DNA of 63,568 nt, filler included, from Octopus bimaculoides (GCF_001194135.2; 5 parts of 5 records of this genome joined end to end with filler, not necessarily neighbours in it); one strand, 5' to 3'; shown: positions 34,998-48,310, numbered from the whole stretch's first letter. Numbers and translations are program-made. Notes: generated by a model not told the origin, from the sequence alone.

Positions 34998-35150
34998 AGT
35001 TGTTTAACCCCAGGTCAGTTCTGACTGAGCAGATCTATGAGCAGCATCTAAAACCACGGTCTACGACTACTTTATCCAATCTCCTCCACTGCAACCTTTT
35101 TAAAAACAAGATGTGATTTGAGGATGATTTAGATGCTATTTTTACCAGGT
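34998..35150 (+). repeat. old dispersed repeat family X
   Basis: GTTGTTTAACCCCAGGTCAG...GTGATTTGAGGATGATTTAGATGCTATTT; motif recurs near 26305 (-), 37385-38002, 47830 and 52700 (-). Confidence 0.6.
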
Positions 35151-35426
35151 CAAAGGAATCTATTGATGTTTCTTTGTTTGGTCGTCGTTGATTTATTTTT
35201 GGAACGTTAAACACGTAAGAGTCAAATGCACCTCTGCCTAACTCACCAATATATCGTGAGTAGCTCATTTGAAAAAATGTTATCCCAACAACCAGTTGAA
35301 CTGATACAAATGCAAATAAGTAAATCTCGTCTGTACAGCTCTACCTAACGTTTGTCTGCAGTCAGTCTGGACTTAAACTCTGTTTATGATGATATGATTT
35401 ATCATAATATTATAAATAATATTCAT

Positions 35427-35828
35427 AGGCGTAGGAGTGGCTGTGTGGTAGGTAACTTGCTTACCAACCACATGGTCCCGGGTTCAGTCCCACTGCGTGG
35501 CATCTTGGGCAAGTGTCTTCTACTATAGCCTCGGGCCGACCAAAGCCTTGTGAGTGGATTTGGTAGACGGAAACTGAAAGAAGCCCGTCGTATATATATG
35601 TGTATATATATAAATGTATGTGTGTATGTGTGTCTGTGTTTGTCCCCCCAACATCGCTTGACAACCGATGCTGGCGTGTTTATGTCCCCCATAACTTAGG
35701 GGTTCGGCAAAAAGAGACCGATAGAATAAGTACTAGGCTTCCAAAGAATAAGTCCTGGAGTCGATTTGCTCGACTAAAGGTGGTGCTCCAGCATGGCCAC
35801 AGTCAAAGGACTGAAACAAGTAAAAGAG
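35427..35828 (+). mobile_element. SINE family A, full length
   Basis: GGCGTAGGAGTGGCTGTGTGG A-box, GGTTCAGTCCC B-box, internal TA/TG tract, GTAAAAGAG tail. Confidence 0.94.
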
Positions 35829-35844
35829 TATAACAATTTCAAGC

Positions 35845-36021
35845 TTTGGCACACAAGGTAACCAATTTTATAGTGTGAGGTTTAGTCAGTTATACCAACC
35901 CCAGTATCTTATTTTATCAACCCCGAAAGGATGGAAGGCAATGATGATCTCAGTGACATTTGAACTCAGAACCTAAAGAAATATCGCAAGACATTTTCTC
36001 CGATTCTGCCAGCTCGCTCCC
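35845..36021 (-). mobile_element. SINE family C (diverged)
   Basis: ATCAACCCCGAAAGGATGGAAGGC and GATTCTGCCAGCTCGC. Confidence 0.8.
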
Positions 36022-36218
36022 TTTATGTGATTTATTATATGATTTATCTTAGTGATTTGTTCTCTCTTACATACAATGAACCATCCTATGTTTAATGAAT
36101 CTAACGTTGGGGCTGCATTAACTCAAGGCTTATCCATTATTTAAAAATAATGGTTCTTTTATTAAAAATGGAAGGTATTGAGAAGTTTGAAGTTTCCTAA
36201 GTAATATAGATTTCAAAT

Positions 36219-36398
36219 TTTGGCACAAGGCTGCAAGTTCGGGAAGGGGGTAAGTCGATTACATCGACCCCAGTGATCAGCTGGTACTTATCTTATCAAC
36301 CCCGAAAGGATGAAAGAAAAAGTCGACCTCGGTGGAATTTGAACTCAAAACGTAAAAACAGACGAAATGCCGCTAAGCACGATTCTGCCAGCTCGCCA
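36219..36398 (-). mobile_element. SINE family C
   Basis: GTCGATTACATCGACCCCAG...GATTCTGCCAGCTCGCC. Confidence 0.88.
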
Positions 36399-36945
36399 CT
36401 TTAAAATTTCCCAAGTAATATTACCATCATTGAATTGAAATGGCTTCTATTGGGAATCGAAATCTAGTCACTCTCTCAGGTTAATAAGAGCTTATGTTTC
36501 TTTTTTAACTTCGAAATTTATTCATAAACATAAAAACAATTATACTTCATACTAGTATATTATTGGTACTCAGTTTATTGCTGTTGAAGGGCTGATACAA
36601 AAACAGAAATCTCACCGTGAGTTGTTACTAAGAATGTTCTTGTAGTAGCAACAGCAGAGGTAAATTTTGGTATGGTTGTAGGCTCTTGTTGTGGCTACAG
36701 CTAATGTAAAGCGCTTAGTCTCGATGTGTTTATATTTGAATAACTTTGTAGTAATTACAGTTGAGGTAAGTCTCTTATCCTTGATTGAAACAGTCACTCT
36801 TTCCTTAGCACCTATCTCTAGTGTCTATTGCGACGCTGAATAGATGAAGTAAAGACAATAGTTCTCACCGCCGCAGTCTCTAGCTGAGAGCGATGAAGTC
36901 TGCAGTGGGGTGGCACGGGTTACAGTAAAGGTAAATATTATTAAT

Positions 36946-37138
36946 ATAAGCACAAGACCTGAAATTTATGGGAGTAAGTTAATCGATGTTATCGCCCTCA
37001 GTATTTGACTGGTAACATCATTTTATCGAAAAAGCTAAATTCACCTCGGCGGGATTTGAACTCAAGACGCACAGAGCCAGTATAAATATCGCAAGACATT
37101 TTCTTCGACGCTCTAACGTTTCTGCCAATCCACTGCCC
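36946..37138 (-). mobile_element. SINE family C (diverged)
   Basis: CCTCGGCGGGATTTGAACTCAAG and CTAACGTTTCTGCCA. Confidence 0.75.
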
Positions 37139-37329
37139 TTATATGAATAGTAATAAGGATGGAAACACATTGACTTGTTTTAGCCTCTATTCTAGCTATA
37201 GTTCCCCTCCCTCCTATGCACCTCTTTCAGAGACTCTGAAAAAGTGCCATGAACCTTACCCCTTCACACTCTTCTCAGTAAATTGTTGAAATTAAAACTC
37301 TTGGTGACCTTTTAGAAAACTTGTGAACA

Positions 37330-38040
37330 AAGATATTCCAGGCACTACCCTATCCATTGTGTCATTTCCTTCTCTAAGATTGCACATATTTGAGGTTAAT
37401 CTGGCTGCCTTTTCTAGCAAGTCAAAAGGTAACCTCGTAATGGCTCCCTCCTTGCCACAGCATAAAGGAGTCGTTGTTGTTGTTTAGTTACAGATCAGCA
37501 CTAATCTAATAAGCCAATGATCGAAAATATTTCAACCGTTACCATACAGCATTTTATGGCTATTTAAATCTACGCTATACAATGTGTCCGATTGTGTGGT
37601 ATGATTAGAGGGATATTTGGCTGCTATTTCTCACAAATCAAACGAGATAGATGCTGTTATTTAGTTGTTGCTGTTGTTTACTGAGAAAACCTATGTTCAA
37701 AGGCGATCCAGCTTTGGCCACCTCATCTTATATCAAGAGCCATATTGTAGGATATATCCTTCCCATTTTAAGATGGCATGAAAGAGTGTGAGGGAGATTT
37801 AGCAGTTGAAGCGGACGCACTGCGGTTTCTTTTCTCATTGATTTTGTGCTTCAGCTCTGATTGTCTAGGTGGATAATGATCAAAGGCTTTCCATCCGTGA
37901 CTGTCTGTCTGTTTAGAGATATGTAAGACTACATTGTCCAGTGACTCCTCTATTTAACGGCATAGTGTGATTTGAAGAATTTTTTTTCCTATTTCTAGCA
38001 AGAAGAGGAGCCACGTAAAGAGACTCTTGTTGCCTTGGTA
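37330..38040 (+). repeat. four head-to-tail diverged units of family X
   Basis: GATTTGAGG..ATTTGGCTGCTATTTCTAGCA-like motif at 37385, 37599, 37786 and 37965. Confidence 0.55.
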
Positions 38041-39043
38041 ATTTACGGTTAAAGGGTAACTGGGTGTGTCCTGGCAAACAGCTAAGTCAACAACAACAAC
38101 AACAGCAACAAAATATCAGCCAAAACGCAAGCTAAATTATATTTTTAAAATATTTTATTCCAAGCTGTTATCACCATCACCCACACACTATACACCACGC
38201 ACACACGCACACATACCGCCTCGCCACCACATCTCCTACGCACCCCCAACTGTTCCACCCCACACATATCCCCACCTTTCTTTTCCAGGTTCATTTCCTC
38301 GCAGATATCACAATTTACCATCTTCTACGGCTGAACAACTCTAGAAAGTCATGTGACGTTATTAATTAAGCGAAGCTGATTAAAAACCCCGTTTCGGGTT
38401 AATTTTTCAACTCTTTCGTGTTTTAATTCTTTTTAAAGAATTTTTTTTTTGAGTTGTTACTGTTGTTTTTGTGATTGTTTCTTCGCGTTTGTTGGTCTTT
38501 TTTATTTTTTTTCTTTCTTTCAGAATCTTGCTGGAGCAGATAAAAGTTGAAATGTAATCTTATATATTCTAAATTATGGAGAATCTCTGATGTCTGCTGC
38601 AAACGAGAAACTAATGTGAAAAACGTTTCACTTGAAGAAAGATATAGTCTATATATCTATAGGAGGTATTTATTTATATTTTCTTTGCTATTAATTTGTT
38701 GTCTTTTATATTTTTCCTTCGTTGCTTTGAGTTAGTTTGTTCTTGTTGTATTTTCGCTTTTTTTTTTTTCAATATTTCTTGTGTGATATGGGTGATACGC
38801 AACTATGCACTCACACGAATCTATACTTACAACAATTTTTGTAAACTGTTGCATATGAATGGAATCATATACGCATGTATATACATACATGTATGTGTGC
38901 ATATGTGCGTGTATATGTACATGAATGTGTGCAAAAGAACATTATGCAAATACATAAAAAGAGAAATAATGCGAGATCGGTCCCACTTGGCTTTGCTCCT
39001 AACTACCTCCAGTTTTTATGCGTAAAGTATATATCTAAATACA

Positions 39044-39093
<50 letters not shown>

Positions 39094-39094
<1 letters not shown>

Positions 39095-39310
39095 TCTTTT
39101 ATTCTTTTATTCTTGTTTCAATCATTTGACTGCGGCCATGCTGGAGCACCGCCTGTAGTCGAACAAATCGACCCCAGGACTTATTCTTTGTAAGAGTAGT
39201 ACTTATTCTATCGTTCTCTTTTGCTGAACCGCTAAGTTACGAGAACGTGGGCACACCAACATCGGTTGTCAACTGATGGTGGGGGGTGGATAAACACAGA
39301 CACACATAAT

Positions 39311-39343
<33 letters not shown>

Positions 39344-39364
39344 AATATATATATATATATATAT
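39094..39364 (-). mobile_element. SINE family A, 3' half
   Basis: Tail and core in reverse; the gap starts in the internal microsatellite. Confidence 0.9.
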
Positions 39365-39842
39365 NNNNNNNNNNNNNNNNNNNNNNNNNNNNNNNNNNNN
39401 NNNNNNNNNNNNNNNNNNNNNNNNNNNNNNNNNNNNNNNNNNNNNNNNNNNNNNNNNNNNNNNNNNNNNNNNNNNNNNNNNNNNNNNNNNNNNNNNNNNN
39501 NNNNNNNNNNNNNNNNNNNNNNNNNNNNNNNNNNNNNNNNNNNNNNNNNNNNNNNNNNNNNNNNNNNNNNNNNNNNNNNNNNNNNNNNNNNNNNNNNNNN
39601 NNNNNNNNNNNNNNNNNNNNNNNNNNNNNNNNNNNNNNNNNNNNNNNNNNNNNNNNNNNNNNNNNNNNNNNNNNNNNNNNNNNNNNNNNNNNNNNNNNNN
39701 NNNNNNNNNNNNNNNNNNNNNNNNNNNNNNNNNNNNNNNNNNNNNNNNNNNNNNNNNNNNNNNNNNNNNNNNNNNNNNNNNNNNNNNNNNNNNNNNNNNN
39801 NNNNNNNNNNNNNNNNNNNNNNNNNNNNNNNNNNNNNNNNNN

Positions 39843-39896
<54 letters not shown>

Positions 39897-41215
39897 ATAA
39901 ATTTATACATACATACATAGAAGCTACATGCAAGCACACGCACAGATGTACTGAGGAGAAACACGATGTATTTATATATATTTAAATTAAACGTAATTTT
40001 CTACCGTTCGGCTCCCTTAGAGTTCTGACCCAACAATTATATATGTTAACAGTCTACTTAAGAAATCTCTTTCTTCCACTCCCCTGATGAGCTTGGAATG
40101 AGGAGAAACTCTGAGCCCAAAAGATTTCTCTCAGAAATTTCTTTACTAAAATAGATTGTGCGTTCCAAGTATAATTTATATGTATAATTGAATACGTATT
40201 TAAATACAATTATTGTTAGCAAAATGAATTGATCGAACTAGGANNNNNNNNNNNNNNNNNNNNNNNNNNNNNNNNNNNNNNNNNNNNNNNNNNNNNNNNN
40301 NNNNNNNNNNNNNNNNNNNNNNNNNNNNNNNNNNNNNNNNNNNNNNNNNNNNNNNNNNNNNNNNNNNNNNNNNNNNNNNNNNNNNNNNNNNNNNNNNNNN
40401 NNNNNNNNNNNNNNNNNNNNNNNNNNNNNNNNNNNNNNNNNNNNNNNNNNNNNNNNNNNNNNNNNNNNNNNNNNNNNNNNNNNNNNNNNNNNNNNNNNNN
40501 NNNNNNNNNNNNNNNNNNNNNNNNNNNNNNNNNNNNNNNNNNNNNNNNNNNNNNNNNNNNNNNNNNNNNNNNNNNNNNNNNNNNNNNNNNNNNNNNNNNN
40601 NNNNNNNNNNNNNNNNNNNNNNNNNNNNNNNNNNNNNNNNNNNNNNNNNNNNNNNNNNNNNNNNNNNNNNNNNNNNNNNNNNNNNNNNNNNNNNNNNNNN
40701 NNNNNNNNNNNNNNNNNNNNNNNNNNNNNNNNNNNNNNNNNNNNNNNNNNNNNNNNNNNNNNNNNNNNNNNNNNNNNNNNNNNNNNNNNNNNNNNNNNNN
40801 NNNNNNNNNNNNNNNNNNNNNNNNNNNNNNNNNNNNNNNNNNNNNNNNNNNNNNNNNNNNNNNNNNNNNNNNNNNNNNNNNNNNNNNNNNNNNNNNNNNN
40901 NNNNNNNNNNNNNNNNNNNNNNNNNNNNNNNNNNNNNNNNNNNNNNNNNNNNNNNNNNNNNNNNNNNNNNNNNNNNNNNNNNNNNNNNNNNNNNNNNNNN
41001 NNNNNNNNNNNNNNNNNNNNNNNNNNNNNNNNNNNNNNNNNNNNNNNNNNNNNNNNNNATATATTAACAAAGCAGATTTACACAGAGTACAAAAAGACAA
41101 AATTAAGGGAAGAAGGAAAGTATTACAGTCCGACAGCTGTTTCTGGGGGTTCGGAATGTTGGTAGATATAGTTCGCAAAAAGTTAAAGAAATGCAGCCAG
41201 TAACGAAAGCATATT

Positions 41216-41576
41216 GTTGTTGTTGGCACTCCGTCGCTTACAACGTCGAGGGTTCCAGTTGATCCGATCAACGGAACAGCCTGCTCGTGAAATTAACGTG
41301 CAAGTGGCTGAGCACTCCACAGATACGTGTACCCTTAACGTAGTTCTCGGGGATATTCAGCGTGACACAGTGTGACAAGGCTGGCCCTTTGAAGTACAGG
41401 TACAACAAATTGTAGTGAAAGAGTACAGCAGGGTTCGCCACTATCCCCTGCCGGAGCCTTGTGGAGCGTTAGGTGTTTTCGCTCAATGAACACTCACAAC
41501 GCTCGGTCTTGGAATCGAAACCGCGATCCTATGACCGCGAGTCCGCTGCCCTGACCACTGGGCCACTGCGCCTCAC
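41216..41576 (-). mobile_element. SINE family B, near full length
   Basis: 14-bp TSD AACGAAAGCATATT at 41202-41215 and 41577-41590. Confidence 0.93.
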
Positions 41577-41849
41577 AACGAAAGCATATTAACACTTAGT
41601 AAATCCAGCCTCTGTCTTCGTGGTGGAGAGACAGGTATAGAACAAGATAAATATCTGTATATTTATACACGAATGTTCGTCGCCTAAATATTTTCAGTGT
41701 TTCTTTTCTCTCCATTTACATATGTGTGTGTGTGTGTGTGTATTTTATATATCTCGCCCAAGCGATTTTATTTGTTTATTTGCATCTTTCTTCCTCTCTC
41801 TCTCCTTTTCTCTCTCTCCCTCTCTCCCCTTCTCTCCCCCTCTCTCTCT

Positions 41850-41887
<38 letters not shown>

Positions 41888-42486
41888 NNNNNNNNNNNNN
41901 NNNNNNNNNNNNNNNNNNNNNNNNNNNNNNNNNNNNNNNNNNNNNNNNNNNNNNNNNNNNNNNNNNNNNNNNNNNNNNNNNNNNNNNNNNNNNNNNNNNN
42001 NNNNNNNNNNNNNNNNNNNNNNNNNNNNNNNNNNNNNNNNNNNNNNNNNNNNNNNNNNNNNNNNNNNNNNNNNNNNNNNNNNNNNNNNNNNNNNNNNNNN
42101 NNNNNNNNNNNNNNNNNNNNNNNNNNNNNNNNNNNNNNNNNNNNNNNNNNNNNNNNNNNNNNNNNNNNNNNNNNNNNNNNNNNNNNNNNNNNNNNNNNNN
42201 NNNNNNNNNNNNNNNNNNNNNNNNNNNNNNNNNNNNNNNNNNNNNNNNNNNNNNNNNNNNNNNNNNNNNNNNNNNNNNNNNNNNNNNNNNNNNNNNNNNN
42301 NNNNNNNNNNNNNNNNNNNNNNNNNNNNNNNNNNNNNNNNNNNNNNNNNNNNNNNNNNNNNNNNNNNNNNNNNNNNNNNNNNNNNNNNNNNNNNNNNNNN
42401 NNNNNNNNNNNNNNNNNNNNNNNNNNNTATATATATATATATATATATATATTATTTTTATTCGTCTTGATTCGATGTTATCTCAG

Positions 42487-42632
42487 GGTTCACTCATTAC
42501 AGTTTGCAATTTTCAAGTGTTCCACTCTTAAAAATGAAGGTAATCCGTTTCCATTTTGGAGATGAACTACGTGAGACTTCACAAGACTTCAAAAGTTATA
42601 AGTTGATGCAAAATGAAAAACGAGATATACAG
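42487..42632 (+). CDS. candidate exon (ends DELRETSQDFKSYKLMQNEKRDIQ)
   Basis: Strong donor CAG|GTAAGG; several possible acceptors in the same open frame; no recognised homology. Confidence 0.2.
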
Positions 42633-43176
42633 GTAAGGGGATGTAAATATTCAGGAGCATTGGCAGTTTGTATTTCCCTTACGTTAGAAATGGTTTTAAA
42701 AACTCTGATCCTTACTCGTGTATATTCTCCTCAGTTGTTGGCAGTTTATGGTGTATATGATCGAGTAGTACATGTGCATGCCCCGGACAATGTGTGAAAT
42801 ATGCATTTGCGCGGGGATGTCAGCATGTGTGCTATGCGATTTACATCTGTGTTGATGTAATCACACGGAGTACATTTATTTGAGAGGTTATATAAATATA
42901 TGGGAATTTACTTAAATATTAATTAATGCAAGTATGTCATATATTATAGCTGTATCAGTATACACATACGTATGCATGCATGTCTCCGCGTTATGCAATG
43001 TGTAAAGAAAAAGCCCATATATACATGCACGCCTGAATTTATTCACCTGTGCACACACACACTCACACACATGCACACGTGCGCGCGCGCGCGTAAACAC
43101 AAACACACACGCGCACAACGCACACATATATGCTTGCATATATATACATACATACACACCTATACCCCACGCACAC

Positions 43177-43177
<1 letters not shown>

Positions 43178-43251
<74 letters not shown>
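43178..43251. repeat. (AGAT)n microsatellite
   Basis: Pure run. Confidence 0.95.
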
Positions 43252-43841
43252 TTTAATAAGCACCTTCAATAACTTCGGCCATAGCATTGCAGTCGCCTTC
43301 AAATATAAACAGTTTTCTCAGGTGAAACGTTGAACGTAGAAACTGCTATATATGAGCCATAAATAAAACAAGATTAACGATCTTGTAAGAAAATATGCAT
43401 TCCAACTACCCTTCCAATATTTTCAGATATTAGCAATGTACGTAGAAGTTTCCTGAACGGGCAACCTTGGATAAAATTGGCAGTTATTACTATAATAGAC
43501 CGTGAATATCTAGTGTAAAGACAAACTCAGCTTTTATTCAAGTTAGCTATGAAATAAATATAAGTAGTAGTGTCGGCTTTAATCCGCCTTTCAACAAACA
43601 ACCGTATAAGATCAAATGACACGAGAAATTTCTGAGCACTCATTAAAAATACAGCCTGGTTTATCAAGTACCTTCTCCGTTCAGGCACTTGCGAATTAGT
43701 AATCTTTTCCCCTCTCATCCACAAATCCCACTCTAACTGCAATATCCAGTATTCCTTCTCTGAACGTCGATTCTCAAGAACTCAATCCTTGCACATGACT
43801 TTCTACAACCATCGACTTGTAACTGTTCAAGGAGAGCAATA

Positions 43842-43886
43842 ATGTCATCAACTTCACCGTTTTCGGAACGTCTTAGAAGATCATGG
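43842..43886 (+). CDS. candidate coding exon end MSSTSPFSERLRRSW
   Basis: ATG at 43842; frame ends exactly at TGG|GTATGT donor; frame open back to 43764 with a possible acceptor at 43778. Confidence 0.25.
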
Positions 43887-44227
43887 GTATGTCCCCATCT
43901 TCCAGACCACAGAATCAGTCATATGGACCACAAATTTTATACACACAGATACATACATGAGTATACATACATATATACATACATACAAACATAATCCGAA
44001 TGTAAACTGGACAACAGAAACCCGTTCTCTTAATGGTAATTTTGGAAGTATAACTTTTACCACCATGGGTAATTTCAGGAAATATGGCACATATACAATA
44101 ATTATAATTTAACTTTTATCAAATTTCTTGCTCCTTATATAAGATTGTAAAAAAATAATTTTAATTTTCAAAGAAAAATATTATTACCTTAAAGTGACAT
44201 AAAATAAAACAAATTTCTTATTTATAT

Positions 44228-44289
<62 letters not shown>

Positions 44290-44906
44290 ATCCTCCTTCT
44301 CCTTCTCCTCCTCCTTCCATCAAGTCTGGCATGTGCACTCACACTGTACCTCTTATTTTAACTCTCTTTGTATCTCCATTTTACCTTCTCTTCACCTAAC
44401 TTTATATGATAAAAAGCGGGGCTGGAAATTTTCACCAGTCAACCAACAAACTAACATCCACTCATAAGCCAGTAGTCAACCCAAGTTTTACTAGAAAATA
44501 CTCGCCAAATTCTGTGTCTGATTAGTATTTGCGAAGGGAAATCATCGTTCCCATCTCTAGCCTCACGTGATATATATACTCATCACAAGGACAAATTATC
44601 AACGCCATATGAATTTTGTAAAGCATATGAACTCCCTGAATTGATATCATGAAAGATTAATTTAATTTGATTTATTTCAATTATTTTCCCTTCTCTTACT
44701 GCATGGTTAAACCGGTTCCACATTTTGAGAAAAATGTAAATATTTCCTTTCTTTTATCTATGATAAAGTTCTCAAAACATTTTGTTCATTTTGCTTTTCA
44801 ATACAAATTTGCTCGCATGAAACATCTTAGCCTTTTCAATGTGTGTGTGTGAGTGTGTGATTATATACATATATATATATACATTTATACATATATACAT
44901 ACATAC

Positions 44907-44967
<61 letters not shown>

Positions 44968-45024
44968 AAATAGAAATATTACATTTCTAAATCTCTTAGA
45001 GTGATTTATACAGTAGCAGCACGA

Positions 45025-45218
45025 TAAGGTGATGGTATATTGTCAACTTAATGTGACAGTCCTATGAAAGGGGAAAATGCTACTGATATTTAGCCCCAGG
45101 AAACACCGTTTCCATCTGGCCATGACATATTTTCTGTGTCCTTATGTTTTCAAAGGGGAGATAAGCACCTCCACCTACAGGGACTGTCACATTAAGTTGA
45201 CAACATACCATCACTTTA
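45025..45218. mobile_element. MITE with about 39-bp TIRs
   Basis: TAAGGTGATGGTATATTGTCAACTTAATGTGACAGTCC / GGACTGTCACATTAAGTTGACAACATACCATCACTTTA. Confidence 0.8.
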
Positions 45219-45513
45219 TATATATATATATATATNNNNNNNNNNNNNNNNNNNNNNNNNNNNNNNNNNNNNNNNNNNNTTAATTAATTAANNNNNNNNN
45301 NNNNNNNNNNNNNNNNNNNNNNNNNNNNNNNNNNNATGCGTGTGTGTGTGTTCATTCATCTTGTTATTTATTTTCATGTAATTTTAGAATTACCGTATCT
45401 TTTTCAAAAACAAATCATAAATATGCTACGATATTATATTACTGTTGTTGTACTTGTTTTTTCTCTTGCCGATATTGCGGAGGTTTTTGTTATATATGTG
45501 TGTATATATACAT

Positions 45514-45555
<42 letters not shown>

Positions 45556-46657
45556 GCATGCATAAATACACACACATGCATACACACACACACACAGTTT
45601 TTACAAAAATCCATATTTTGTTTCGTTTTTATAAATGGATATATGATATAATTCTGAAATTATGAGTGGATATAATCGCTTAATTACGTCAATGTATATA
45701 TATGTATTCGCGTGCACGTACGCATTTATGGCTGTGTGTACATCTGTGTATATATGTATACTTATATACATGCATATATATTTAAATATGTTTATGTATG
45801 TATGTGTAAAGATGCTTGAATATTCAAGAAAAATTTCATTTCAGCACGAAAAAGGAATGCAAATGATTGAATGTATAGTGGAACTCTTGTAGCTATCTGC
45901 AATTAAATGTGTATGTTTGTGTGAGTATGCATCTACATTCACTGGCTGTACAGTAACGCTGGTGAGCGAATAAAGTACGTACAGTATTCGTTAATATAAA
46001 CTTAAATACATGTGTGTGTATGTGTGTGTATGTGTGTGGTGTAATAATGATAATAATAATGATAATAATAATATATGTATATGTATATATGTATGTATGA
46101 ATATAACGATGTATGTATAAATATGCATATATATATATATATATATATATATNNNNNNNNNNNNNNNNNNNNNNNNNNNNNNNNNNNNNNNNNNNNNNNN
46201 NNNNNNNNNNNNNNNNNNNNNNNNNNNNNNNNNNNNNNNNNNNNNNNNNNNNNNNNNNNNNNNNNNNNNNNNNNNNNNNNNNNNNNNNNNNNNNNNNNNN
46301 NNNNNNNNNNNNNNNNNNNNNNNNNNNNNNNNNNNNNNNNNNNNNNNNNNNNNNNNNNNNNNNNNNNNNNNNNNNNNNNNNNNNNNNNNNNNNNNNNNNN
46401 NNNNNNNNNNNNNNNNNNNNNNNNNNNNNNNNNNNNNNNNNNNNNNNNNNNNNNNNNNNNNNNNNNNNNNNNNNNNNNNNNNNNNNNNNNNNNNNNNNNN
46501 NNNNNNNATTTTATTTAAAAGAGTTCCAACTCTGTCTGTTTTTATGTTTTTTTTATTTATATTCTTGTAAAATTAATGTGGGATATAGAATATGGAATAT
46601 ATAATATATAATATAAAAAAAAGATGGATGGTACAATGAAATGAAGTATTGAATGTC

Positions 46658-46722
46658 TTATTGAATATATGGAATATGTCTTATTGAATATATGGAATAT
46701 GTCTTATTGAATATATGAAATA
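46658..46722. repeat. 23-bp tandem repeat, about 3 copies
   Basis: TTATTGAATATATGGAATATGTC repeated. Confidence 0.9.
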
Positions 46723-48036
46723 TTGAGTGTTCAATATAAAGGATTAAATATATAAATATATAAAGGCGAATACGTATTTTCTATACCTTGTGGTATTTCA
46801 TCATGGCCGGTATGACAGACTGTATGGACATGTTATTTCAAACATACTTATATATATGTATCTCTCTTTCTCTCACTATATATACATACATACATATACA
46901 TATATGTATATATGTGTCTGTGTGTGTGTGGCCGACAGACCCTAATCATTCTACATGTAGAGTTCCATTCGACAATCTTCTGCAGAATCCATGTTTATAC
47001 AATGTAATTTATTTCCAGACGTTAGCTAAAAGAATGGAATAGTGTAATGAATTACAGAGCTACATCATTCCAAAGGAAACTTCTTAATTACGTGACCCCG
47101 CTCACACCTATCAATATGGCTTGCAATAATGTCCTGCTTTTGTTCGGTAGTGTCTTAAAGCACAAATGCATAGGGCTAATGGATGGGCTTCCACGAGGTT
47201 ACTCAACGGTCTATAAATATAAGACGATCTCAGATCATATGATACCGTCTTAAAAATTACGCACTGGACAGACAATATCGTGCTAGAGAAATCTAATGGA
47301 ACGGAGACGGTTGAAAAGCTCTTGATTAAAATTATGCTCGATCAGAGATGATTTCTTTTCAGAGATGATCTCTTGCCAAAAAAATTTATGCAGCACATAG
47401 ATTTGTCTTGGTTTTTTTTATAAAGAAAATGACAAAAAACTGTACATTGGTTGGGACAATTTCAAAAGATTTAATAGTGAACTTGAATACGACTCGATAA
47501 ACATGCTCGTGTTATCATACCGCAATATGATGTGGAATCACCACCTGCACCAAAGAGTGCTGTTTGTCATGTTAACTATCAATGGGCTAACAATATAGAG
47601 GGGGTTAATGCAGTGAAGAATCTGAAAATAATTAATCCTTAGGTTATCATATGAGCCCCAAGAGGGTGGCATTATTTACTGGATTCAGTTGTTGTTCACT
47701 GATTAGCTTCTAAGCCTGCCCCGATGACTGTAGAGGTAAGGTCAAAGTATTTTCAACCAGAGCAGTCATCACTTATTATATGTCTATAACTGCTTTGCAT
47801 AAAATCATTTTTTAAAAGATTGTGGCGAACGATTTGAGGGAAATTAGGCCATTATAGCTAGCAGTACAAAAGTCACCTCGTGGACTCGAGAACATTCGAT
47901 AGAAGTGTGATACTGTCTGCTCCTAGCCTGCTCTACAGTGTATGACCTGACTGGAAGTAGAACTAACAAAGACTACAGAACAGCAATTTCTTAAGTAGAA
48001 ATGGAAGAAGCGAGTACTTTCATCATGGGTTTAACA

Positions 48037-48155
48037 CAGTGGTTCTCATGCATTTTTAAAGGACCCCTTTGATATCATTTTACTTGAGTGGTGGGAAGAG
48101 GCTCAAATTCATGTCTAAAACTCCTATTATGTTTTTATGATTAAATATTATTAGG

Positions 48156-48201
<46 letters not shown>

Positions 48202-48310
48202 GTTTATTTTGTGCATTGTAGAAATATAACTAGCTTATTGCACATACATTTTAACAACTAAATCTCATGTGGATTCCAAGGGTCATATGCACCTCGGTTG
48301 GGAACCATTG
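48037..48310. mobile_element. hAT-type MITE with internal (TA)n expansion
   Basis: CAGTGGTTCTC...GGTTGGGAACCATTG; flanks GTTTAACA/GTTAAGCA; related to 6128-6386. Confidence 0.7.
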
